Of a DNA stretch of 64,000 nucleotides, positions 19,542 to 27,652 are shown piece by piece. The translations under genes and the position numbers were made by a program. Origin of the DNA: Meiothermus sp. (GTDB lineage Bacteria; Deinococcota; Deinococci; Deinococcales; Thermaceae); NCBI GenBank assembly GCA_033762915.1, contig JANRLD010000042.1, positions 1 through 64,000 on the forward strand. Direction: 5' to 3'. Each line of letters begins with the position of its first letter. The first letter of the stretch is position 1. A model generated the notes under the pieces. It did no database searches. It was not told the origin of the DNA and saw only the letters and a list, made by a program, of their open reading frames with translations.

Positions 19542-21194
19542 TTAGCTCCCCAGCTTCCGGCCCATCTCGAGCGCGGCGTCGCGCAGTTGATCCTGCTCGT
19601 CGATCTGGCCCTGTAAGGTCTGGGCCTGGCCCTCTAGGCGCAGGTAGGAGGTGCGGTAGAGGCTCTGGAAGCGCTCGCGGGTGCGGGTGAGTTCGAGCTC
19701 GAGGTTCTGGGCCAGGGCGGCCTCGATGCGGCCCCGCAGGTCGGCGATGCGCTCGCGCAGCCGGGCCTTGGCCTGCTCCTTGCGCCTGGGCAGGATGGTC
19801 AGTCCGATCACCGCCACGATCAGCCCGGTGAAGATGCCCAGAACGTCCAGGAAGATGCGGTTGAAGATCAGCAGCAGCCCCGCCCCGATCCCCACCGCCC
19901 CCACCTCGAAGATGGCGGTCTGCTGCAGCCCCTCCTGGATGTGGTCGCGCAAGAACTGCGCCTCCTCCTCGGGACGAAAGGTCGCCAGGGCCTGCTGTAC
20001 GTTGTCCTCGATGGACTCCTCCTGGGGGCTGCTGGGATAGCGCAGGCCCGGCGCTTCTTTGAGCAGGTGCAGGGCGTCCTCGAGCAACTCCTTGTCCCTT
20101 TTGGCCAGCCAGCTCATGGCCTGGAGCACGCCCTTCTCGATGTCGGCATTGGCGCCCGCCACCACCTCGTCCAAGAAGCTCTGCTTGAGCTTGGCCGAGT
20201 TGAGCAGGTTCAACACGTTGGAAATACGCACCTTTTCCTCGAGCCACTTCTCGCCGCGCTCGCGCACGGCGTCGAGGCTCTGGCTGACCAGCGCGATCTG
20301 GCCGGCAAAGTCGCGCCGGGTGCGCTCCTCATGCCGCAGGGCCAGCGCGTCGAGCTCGCGGCAGGTGGCGAGCTGGGACTCGACGCCCTTGAGCCTGGTC
20401 TGAAGCGTCGGCTGGTGCTCCTCGATCACACGCGCCAGCACCCCCAGCGGCGAGCCGAGCTTGATGGCGGCGGCCTGGCTCCCGAGCACGGTCTGGATGT
20501 GGGTCTCGAGTTGGCCTAGGTTGCTCGCCGCCTTGTCGCCCTGCTTGGCCCGCCTCGACGAGATGGCGAAGATGTGCGGCACGCTGCCCAGGGTCTTGTC
20601 GGCCCCGCTGCGGACGAAGTCGAGCACCTGCTGCAATTCCGGCGGGGTGAGCAGATCCATCTTGTTGATCACCAAGACGATCTTCTTGCCCCAGGCCTTG
20701 ATGAACTTGAGGAACTCGGCCTCGGACTGCGTGAAGGGCCGGTCGGCGGAGGTGACGAACAGGATCAGGTCGGCCCTCGGCAGGAACTGCTGCGTGAGCA
20801 CCTGGTGGTGCTGCACGATGGCGTTGGTGCCTGGCGTGTCTACCATCCGCAGGTCCTTGAGCATCGGGTGCGGCAGCGAGATCAGCACTAACTCGGGCGA
20901 GATGGGCTCGAGCTTGGCCTCCGGCCCATAGCCGATCAGGTTCACCCGGTCGGTGGTGGGGGTCACGCCCTCTTTCAAAAACTCGTCACCCAAGAGCGCG
21001 TTCAGCAGCGAGGACTTGCCGCTGTTGAACTCGCCCGCCACCACCAGCAGGAACGGCCCGTCCAAATCCTGCAACGCCTGCTTCAGGGTGGCGGTGTCGC
21101 CGTCGGAACGGCTGAGCGCCTCGAGGCCCCGCGCCAGCAGCGCACGCACGTCGGCGGTGAGGGCCAATAGTCGGGAGTCCAACATGCTGCCCAT
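19542..21194 (-). CDS. bacterial dynamin-like GTPase
   Basis: GEFNSGKSS, PTT, DTPG, NKMD; helical stalk and a C-terminal hydrophobic hairpin. Confidence 0.88.
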   Translation of the reverse strand: MGSMLDSRLLALTADVRALLARGLEALSRSDGDTATLKQALQDLDGPFLLVVAGEFNSGKSSLLNALLGDEFLKEGVTPTTDRVNLIGYGPEAKLEPISPELVLISLPHPMLKDLRMVDTPGTNAIVQHHQVLTQQFLPRADLILFVTSADRPFTQSEAEFLKFIKAWGKKIVLVINKMDLLTPPELQQVLDFVRSGADKTLGSVPHIFAISSRRAKQGDKAASNLGQLETHIQTVLGSQAAAIKLGSPLGVLARVIEEHQPTLQTRLKGVESQLATCRELDALALRHEERTRRDFAGQIALVSQSLDAVRERGEKWLEEKVRISNVLNLLNSAKLKQSFLDEVVAGANADIEKGVLQAMSWLAKRDKELLEDALHLLKEAPGLRYPSSPQEESIEDNVQQALATFRPEEEAQFLRDHIQEGLQQTAIFEVGAVGIGAGLLLIFNRIFLDVLGIFTGLIVAVIGLTILPRRKEQAKARLRERIADLRGRIEAALAQNLELELTRTRERFQSLYRTSYLRLEGQAQTLQGQIDEQDQLRDAALEMGRKLGS

Positions 21195-21749
21195 CTTACT
21201 TGACGGAGCTAAGAGGAAGAGAGGTCAAAGCCGAGTGCCAGCTTCGCGATGGCCACCAGTAACCCCCAAGCTCAGTTTGTGCTGCCGCTGTCCCTGTTGC
21301 ATCCAAGCTCCCTGGCGATGCGCTCGTCGAAGGCCTACCGTTCGATCAACTCAAGCCGCATTGCCTCGGCCCAACTCGGCGCAAGGACGACATATTTGAG
21401 GTGTTAAAGTCTGCGGCAAAAAACGCGGCGCGCCCGACTCGAGCAACATCCTCTTTGTCTCGAGGCGCGAAGCAATCTTCCACCTCACTAGAAGTTCGCA
21501 CAGAATTCTCCAGGTGCAGTTCCTATGTTTTCGTGATGCTCCGTTCTTCGCCGCAATGAAACACCATGATGCTCTTGGGGCGGAGCTCTCGAGCAAGCAG
21601 AAACTTCACCTGCAATTTTTGCTCTACAAACGCGCAACAGCGGTTGCCGCGAATGCCCCTCACGCGGTGAGGTGTGAGAGAGTAACCGCCGCCAAATCTG
21701 ACGGCGCGATCTGTAATTTGTATCCAGCAATTCCAACCAATTGCCTGAC

Positions 21750-21765
21750 CCACTAGATATGGTAT
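21750..21765. promoter_or_regulatory. NrdR-box-like site (distal)
   Basis: CCACTAGATATGGTAT compared with the consensus acaCwAtATaTwGtgt. Confidence 0.45.
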
Positions 21766-22126
21766 GCCTCGGAAATTTCACGCGCTCGCACAAGCTGAAT
21801 TGACGATGAGGAAGCCTCGAGTCGGCACTCGAGATTTGGTGCGCAATTTTTCGAGATCGAAAATTGAGGCTGTGGATCGCTCAATTAGGGCTCGGGGAAA
21901 TTTGACAACTCGAGAGAACCTAGTGTCGCTGAAATTGACGCGCCCAGTGGCGTGAATTTCGAGACAGTTTTTCTTCGCTGGTAGGTCGAGGTTGATTTAA
22001 TTCGATGGGCAAGGGACAACTCGAAGCTCACAAGACTGTGAATTCTCGAGGTGCTGTTTTTGCGATGGCAAAGGCAAAAAACGCCGCTCGAGAATTTTCA
22101 AAAAATCGGATTTGTGCAAATGCGCG

Positions 22127-22154
22127 TTGCAAAAACCACAATATGTTGTATATT
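22127..22154 (+). promoter_or_regulatory. putative promoter overlapped by an NrdR-box-like site (22136-22151)
   Basis: TTGCAA-16bp-TATATT; CCACAATATGTTGTAT lies across the spacer and -10. Confidence 0.5.
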
Positions 22155-22313
22155 GATGGCTAGTGGAGCGTTGTAAAACAGCAGCATCCATAAATCCCGC
22201 GCAGCAAAATTTAGCGTTGTGCGATATGGACCTACCATCCGCTGTGAAGTGCATGGTCGGTGCGTCTGCTCATGTGTTCCCACTCCACGAATAACCTTGA
22301 AGGAGGAAACAAC

Positions 22314-22679
22314 ATGTCGGTTGAGAAACCTGCTGTGACCAAAACCAAGAAAGCTGCTGCTCCTAAGGCCGCTGCCCCCAAGGCTGCTGCTAAGCCCGCC
22401 GCCAAGAAGGCTGCTGCCCCCAAGAAGGCCGCCGCCAAGCCCGCAGCCCAGAAGGCCGCTGCCCCCAAGGCCAAGGCTGCCGCTAAGGCCGCTCCCAAGA
22501 AGGCTGCTGCCCCCAAGGCCGCTGCCCCTAAGGCTGCTGCTAAGCCCGCCGCCAAGAAGGCCGCTGCCCCCAAGGCCGCTGCTAAGCCTGCCGCCAAGAA
22601 GGCTGCTGCTCCCAAGGCTGCTGCTAAGCCCGCCGCCAAGAAGGCCGCCCCCAAGAAGGCTGCCGCCCCCACCAGCTAA
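22314..22679 (+). CDS. histone H1-like Lys/Ala/Pro-rich protein (121 aa)
   Basis: AGGAGG RBS; almost entirely KPAAKKAAAPKAAA repeats with synonymous third-position variation; has its own terminator. Confidence 0.85.
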   Translation: MSVEKPAVTKTKKAAAPKAAAPKAAAKPAAKKAAAPKKAAAKPAAQKAAAPKAKAAAKAAPKKAAAPKAAAPKAAAKPAAKKAAAPKAAAKPAAKKAAAPKAAAKPAAKKAAPKKAAAPTS

Positions 22680-22696
22680 GCTCTGCTAGACCATTG

Positions 22697-22722
22697 ACCG
22701 GCCCGCAAGGGCCGGTTTTTTT
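22697..22722 (+). terminator. intrinsic terminator
   Basis: ACCGGCCC-GCAA-GGGCCGGT followed by a T-run. Confidence 0.9.
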
Positions 22723-22793
22723 GCTCGTCTCTACCGTGGACAGCGCGATGCAGAAGCTGGATACTTGAGGGTGAAAAAGTTGCGCCGTCGTGT

Positions 22794-22858
22794 TAGCGGT
22801 TTCCGCGAATACTCCGCACGCAGAGACTCGGATGTGCGGACAATACGCCCGCTTCAGT
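22794..22858 (-). repeat. family A subtype-2 copy (degenerate)
   Basis: TAGCGGTTTCCGCGAATACTCCGCACGCAGAGACTCGGATGTGC...ACGCCCGCTTCAG matches the reverse complement of 63651-63717. Confidence 0.7.
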
Positions 22859-23035
22859 GCCCGCTTGAGCGCATTCCCGCCTAAGGCGCAATGTGTGAAA
22901 CGAGGTGTGTCTGCGAAATCGAAATCCTCGAGGCGGTGCCTGCGGTGTTTGGTGCGCGGGCGCAATTCCCAATGCGTTGCGGGTTGGGCTTGGCAAAGCC
23001 ATCAGGGGATTCCGGAGTGAAGGCCAGAGCTCTTG

Positions 23036-24976
23036 CTACTCCTTCTTCGCGGCGTCCCGGATCACCTCCACGGCGCTGGGGTTCTCGAGTGCTGACAAGT
23101 CCCCCGCCGGTTGATCCAAGAACGCGGCGCGGATCACGCGGCGCATCACCTTGGCGTTGCGGGTCTTGGGGAGGTCGGAGACGAAAAGGATGCGCTCAGG
23201 TTTGAGGGCCTTGCCCAGCGCCCGGGCGATGGTGTCGGCGATGCCGGCCTCGAGCCCCGCTCCGGCACTCTGGCCGTCGCGCAAGACTACGAACACCACC
23301 GCCGCCTCGCCCTTCACCTCGTGCGGTATCCCAATCGCAGCGGCCTCCTTGACTGCCGGGTGCTGGCCCGCCGCGCTCTCGTACTCCGCAGGTCCCACCC
23401 GCTTGCCCGCGACCTTTAGCGTGTCGTCGGAGCGGCCCTGGATCAGCCAGTCGCCATCTTCGTCAATCACGGCCCAGTCGCCGTGAACCCAGACGTTTTC
23501 AAAGCGGCTCCAGTAGGCGTTCAGGTAGCGCTCGGGTGCGTTCCAAAAGCCGTCGGTCTGCCCCGGCCAGTTGTTCAGTATCGCCAGCTCGCCCACGCTC
23601 TGACGTATCGGCCGGCCCCCGCCGTCCAGCACCTCGGCGTGTACGCCGGGCACTGCGGTGTTGAAGCCCATCGGCTTGATCGGCCGCCAGACCGTGCAGC
23701 CCAGAATTCCGCCGCCGATCTCGGTGCCGCCGGAGTAGTTGATGATGGGGACCTTGCCCCGACCCACCGTGTTGAAAAACCACAGATAGGGCTCGAGGTT
23801 CCACGGCTCACCGGTGGAGCCGGTCATGCGCAGGGAGCTTAAGTCGTGCCGCTTCACCGGCCCGTCTCCCGCCGGCAGCAGGGCGCGGACCAGGGTGGGG
23901 GAGAGGCCCAGGTGGGTCACGCGGTGCTTCTCGCAGATCGCCCACAGCCTCCCCGCGTCGGGGAAGTCCGGCGCGCCCTCGTAGAGCAGCACCGTCGCCC
24001 CGACGGTGAGCGCGCCCAGGATGGCCCACGGCCCCATCATCCAGCCCATGTCGGTGAACCAGAACAGCGTCTCGCCCTGACGCAGGTCGAAGAGGTGAGC
24101 CATGTCCTGCGCGGCCTTGAGCGGGAAGCCCGCGTGGTAGTGCACGGTACCTTTGGGCTTGCCGGTGGTGCCGGAGGTATAGATCAGCATGAAGGTGTCC
24201 ATGCTGTCCATCGGCTCGTAGGTCGGCGTCCGGGGGCTCTGGGCGGTGAGCGAGACTGCCTCGCTCCAGGAGGTCTCGCGGTCTCGCAGGGGCGTGTCGC
24301 CGAAGCGCTGGACGACCAGGAGGTTTTGCACGCTGGGGGAGAGTTCGGCGGCGGCCCTGGCGCTGTCGAGAAGCCGTACCCTCGAGCCGCGCCGGTAAAA
24401 ACCGTCCGCCGTGATGATCAGCTTGGCCTCGGCGTCGTTGAGGCGGCTGGCGGCGGCCTCGGCGGCGTAGCCCGAGAATATCGGGACGAAGACGGCCCCC
24501 ATGGCCGCCACCGCCAGGGCGCTCACGGCGGTCTCGGGCAGCATCGGCAGGAAGATGCCCACGCGGTCGCCCCTGCCCACGCCGAGGCCCCTGAGCCCCT
24601 GCACGGCCTGAGCCACCGACTCCTGGAGTTCCTGGTAGCTCAGGCGCCGGGTTGCGCCGTCCTCGCCCTCCCAGATCAGGGCAGTGTCGTCGGGCCGCGT
24701 GCGGGCGTGGTGCAGCGCGTTGTGCGCCAGGTTAAGCTGTCCGCCCACGAACCACCGCGGCCAGGGCTTGCCCCTCGAGCCGTCCAAGACCCTTTCGTAG
24801 GGCCGCGTCCACTCGAGGCCCAGTTCCTCGAGGGTGGCCCTCCAGAACTCCTCGGTGTGCTCGATGCTGAACCGGTATAGCTCGTCGTAGCCGCCCAGCC
24901 CCAGCTTTTGCATCAGGCGCTCGAGGTTGGAGCCGCGGGTGTATTCCTCGGAGGGGAACCAGATTGGGTCACTCAT
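23036..24976 (-). CDS. acetate/acyl-CoA ligase (AMP-binding)
   Basis: YTSGTTGKPKG, GRSDD, LPKTRNAKVMRR. Confidence 0.92.
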   Translation of the reverse strand: MSDPIWFPSEEYTRGSNLERLMQKLGLGGYDELYRFSIEHTEEFWRATLEELGLEWTRPYERVLDGSRGKPWPRWFVGGQLNLAHNALHHARTRPDDTALIWEGEDGATRRLSYQELQESVAQAVQGLRGLGVGRGDRVGIFLPMLPETAVSALAVAAMGAVFVPIFSGYAAEAAASRLNDAEAKLIITADGFYRRGSRVRLLDSARAAAELSPSVQNLLVVQRFGDTPLRDRETSWSEAVSLTAQSPRTPTYEPMDSMDTFMLIYTSGTTGKPKGTVHYHAGFPLKAAQDMAHLFDLRQGETLFWFTDMGWMMGPWAILGALTVGATVLLYEGAPDFPDAGRLWAICEKHRVTHLGLSPTLVRALLPAGDGPVKRHDLSSLRMTGSTGEPWNLEPYLWFFNTVGRGKVPIINYSGGTEIGGGILGCTVWRPIKPMGFNTAVPGVHAEVLDGGGRPIRQSVGELAILNNWPGQTDGFWNAPERYLNAYWSRFENVWVHGDWAVIDEDGDWLIQGRSDDTLKVAGKRVGPAEYESAAGQHPAVKEAAAIGIPHEVKGEAAVVFVVLRDGQSAGAGLEAGIADTIARALGKALKPERILFVSDLPKTRNAKVMRRVIRAAFLDQPAGDLSALENPSAVEVIRDAAKKE

Positions 24977-25068
24977 AGGCTTTAGGTGGGTTCATTGTAA
25001 TCCTGGTGCAATTGCCGGGATATGGGGTCGTCTTGCAATACGAACCCCGTGGCCCCACAATTCCTCAG

Positions 25069-25959
25069 GTGAACATCCCGCGCCACTGGGCCAAGGCCGA
25101 GCGCAGCGTAACCCTCGGAACGAGGACCTATCACTTCGTCGCCTGGCAGGGCTCCGACCTGAGCCTCGAGGACGCCCGGCACAAGGCCCGGCTCGCCCTC
25201 GAGGCCCGCATCGCCCGCAAAGAGCGCGGCGAGCGGCTGGGCAGCTACCCCAAGGACGGGCGGCCGCTGCGCGAGGAGGTCGTGGAGGAGGTGACGGACG
25301 CGGACGGCCGGCGCGTCGCGGTCGTCACCCGCAACGCGGCTGGCTGCCTGGTGCTCAACACCGCCAGGGTGATGTTCGTCGACCTCGACTTCGCCAATCA
25401 GCATGTCCCCTGGAAGCTGCCGAGCGCGGGGTCGCTGCTCGAGGCCCTGACCGGCTGGCTGAGGCCAAGGCCGAAGGTCTCGGTGCCCCCGCCCCACACC
25501 GAGGAGGGCTTGCTGCACAAGGTGCGCGAATGGCACGCCCAGCACCCCGACTGGACGATCCGGGTCTACCGCACTCGAGCCGGCCTGCGCCTGCTGGCTG
25601 CCCACGACCTCTTCGACCCCGCTGCGCCGGCTGTCCGGGCCTGGATGGAGGATCTCGGTGCAGACCTGCGCTACATCCGCCTGTGCCAGTCACAGGCCTG
25701 CTTCCGAGCCCGCCTGACCCCCAAGCCTTGGCGCATGAAGGGCGACAGGATGAAGCGCCCCACCACCCGCTACCCTTGGGCTAGCGGGCAAGAGGAGAGG
25801 GCCCAGCGCGAGTGGGAGCGCGTGTATGCCAGCCGCATCAGGAACTTTTCGGTCTGCAAGGTGCTGGCCAACCTCGGCTCGAGTCCTGTCGACCCCGAGG
25901 CCGAGCAGATCCTGCTCCTGCACGACCGCTACGTGCTAGGCGACAAGCCGCTGGCGTGA
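25069..25959 (+). CDS. conserved hypothetical protein, possibly AEP (primase-polymerase) fold
   Basis: Strong GC3 bias; MFVDLD, YRTRAGLR, D.RY...FRARLTPKP; start codon uncertain. Confidence 0.7.
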   Translation: MNIPRHWAKAERSVTLGTRTYHFVAWQGSDLSLEDARHKARLALEARIARKERGERLGSYPKDGRPLREEVVEEVTDADGRRVAVVTRNAAGCLVLNTARVMFVDLDFANQHVPWKLPSAGSLLEALTGWLRPRPKVSVPPPHTEEGLLHKVREWHAQHPDWTIRVYRTRAGLRLLAAHDLFDPAAPAVRAWMEDLGADLRYIRLCQSQACFRARLTPKPWRMKGDRMKRPTTRYPWASGQEERAQREWERVYASRIRNFSVCKVLANLGSSPVDPEAEQILLLHDRYVLGDKPLA

Positions 25960-26084
25960 AAGGGTCTTATCGCGTTTCCATCCGTGCAGCCTGCGCGGGT
26001 TTGCCCAATCCTCGAGGCGAGTGGCCTGGCCGGCGGTGCTCGAGCCGGCCCGGGGTTTTCGCCCAGACCAGACGGCAAGCCGCG

Positions 26085-26708
26085 TTAGGCGGCCCGAACC
26101 TTTTGCAAGAACCGCCGCAGTTTCTCGGGGTCTTTCACGCGTGGCATGGCCTCGACGCCGCTGCTCAGGTCTACGGCGTAGGGGTGAAACTTTAACGCCG
26201 CATCCACATTGTCGGGGGTCAGGCCGCCCGCGATAATCAGCCGGGGGTGCTGGGCCAGCGGTCCCAGCCACTCCAGCGGGTAGGTTTGCCCACTACCGGG
26301 CGAGACCCCGTCGACCATCAGCGCGTCGCAGGGGTACTCGAGGATTGCTTCGGCCTGGCTCTGATCCACCGGCCCTGTCAGCTTGAAGACCTTGATCACC
26401 GGGAAGTGCCGGCGCACCTGCTCGGCCCATTCGGGCGGTTCGTTCCCGTGGAGCTGGGCGACCTGTAGCCGGGCCTGCTCGAGCTGCCGCGCCACCTCGT
26501 CCGGCGGCGCGTCCACAAACACCCCGACCCTGGTGACCAGGGGGGCAACCCCCCGGCTGATGGGATTGACCTGCGCGGGCTCGACGTAGCGCTTGGTACC
26601 GCGGACCAGGATGAAGCCCAGCGCCCAGGCCCCGAGCTGCTCGGCCAGGAGGGCGTCCTCGAGGCGTGTAATGCCGCAGATTTTGGCCTTGACCGGCGTG
26701 CCGTCCAT
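26085..26708 (-). CDS. trpF: phosphoribosylanthranilate isomerase
   Basis: KICGIT..EDA, QLHGNE, AGGLTPDNV, VDLSSGVE. Confidence 0.95.
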   Translation of the reverse strand: MDGTPVKAKICGITRLEDALLAEQLGAWALGFILVRGTKRYVEPAQVNPISRGVAPLVTRVGVFVDAPPDEVARQLEQARLQVAQLHGNEPPEWAEQVRRHFPVIKVFKLTGPVDQSQAEAILEYPCDALMVDGVSPGSGQTYPLEWLGPLAQHPRLIIAGGLTPDNVDAALKFHPYAVDLSSGVEAMPRVKDPEKLRRFLQKVRAA

Positions 26709-26817
26709 TGGCTTCAGTCTATCGCATGGGCTGTACGTCGAACCCTAGGCGCCCTTCCCCTTCCCCTTTTCACCCTGCTCCCAGTTCCGCACTCCCGGTT
26801 CCCTGTATAACAGTGCC

Positions 26818-27381
26818 ATGAAGATCTATACCAAGACCGGCGACAAGGGCGAGACCGGCCTCTACGGCGCGGATCGGGTCGCCAAGGATCACCCCCGCGT
26901 GGAGGCCTACGGCACTGTGGACGAGGCCAACAGCGCCATCGGGATGGCCCGGGCCGCCCTGACCGCCGCGCAGTCTGACATCCAGGCCGACCTCGAGTAC
27001 GTCCAAAATGCCTTGTTCGATCTGGGAGCCGACCTCGCCACCCGGCCGGGCGGCCCCTACGAGAAAAACCTGGCCCGCTTGGACGACGAAGACGTCGCCA
27101 GACTCGAGCAGCTCATCGACCGATACCAGGAAGAAGCTCCGCAGTTCACGGGCTTTATCCACCCGGCCGGACACCCTGCTGCCGCCGCTTTGCACCTTGC
27201 CCGCACTGTCACCCGCCGCGCCGAGCGCCGGGTGGTCACGTTGCTCCAGAGCGAGGAAGCCAACCCTGCTGCCATGCGCTACTTGAACCGCCTGTCGGAT
27301 TTGCTGTTCACGCTGGCTCGAGTGGTCAACAAGCGTGAGGGGTTCTCGGAAGAGAAGTGGCTGGTGAAGAAGAGAAGGTAA
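26818..27381 (+). CDS. pduO: PduO-type cob(I)alamin adenosyltransferase
   Basis: MKIYTKTGDKGET, YGTVDE, RRAER, YLNRLSD. Confidence 0.93.
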   Translation: MKIYTKTGDKGETGLYGADRVAKDHPRVEAYGTVDEANSAIGMARAALTAAQSDIQADLEYVQNALFDLGADLATRPGGPYEKNLARLDDEDVARLEQLIDRYQEEAPQFTGFIHPAGHPAAAALHLARTVTRRAERRVVTLLQSEEANPAAMRYLNRLSDLLFTLARVVNKREGFSEEKWLVKKRR

Positions 27382-27490
27382 GGGTATGCACGGCTAAAGT
27401 GCGGGCCGTCCCGAATAGCCCGGAGGGAATTGCACCCGTGCTTGCACCAGGGCATTCGGTAGCCGCGTCCGTCGGTTTCGCAAAGACCTT

Positions 27491-27593
27491 TCGCGTTTCC
27501 CACCATGACCTCCCTCGCGGCGGCAGGTAATGTACTCCCGACAGCAAAAACCGCCCGCTTTAGCGCCGTAGGGAGTATGGGTGGGAACCGCTC
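27491..27593 (+). mobile_element. MITE-like family A, copy 4
   Basis: TCGCGTTTCCCAC...GTGGGAACCGCTC; shares the long loop of copy 2. Confidence 0.8.
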
Positions 27594-27606
27594 CTGGCGT
27601 AAACAA

Positions 27607-27638
27607 GAACCGCCGGGGGGAGGAGTCCCCGGCGGTTC
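27607..27638 (-). terminator. terminator hairpin downstream of the molybdoenzyme gene
   Basis: GAACCGCCGGGG...CCCCGGCGGTTC followed by TTGTTT on the minus strand. Confidence 0.7.
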
Positions 27639-27652
27639 TGCCCGGCCCGATC

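Noticed and set aside
21195..22313. Replication origin
   Set aside because: No cluster of TTATCCACA-like boxes and no dnaA/dnaN/parAB context seen
22340..22670. Tandem DNA repeats resembling an array
   Set aside because: Coding repeats with synonymous variation and no unique spacers; not CRISPR
22232..22672. Hydrophobic Ala/Leu/Gly repeat ORF on the minus strand
   Set aside because: Antisense shadow of the Lys/Ala gene, which has the RBS and terminator
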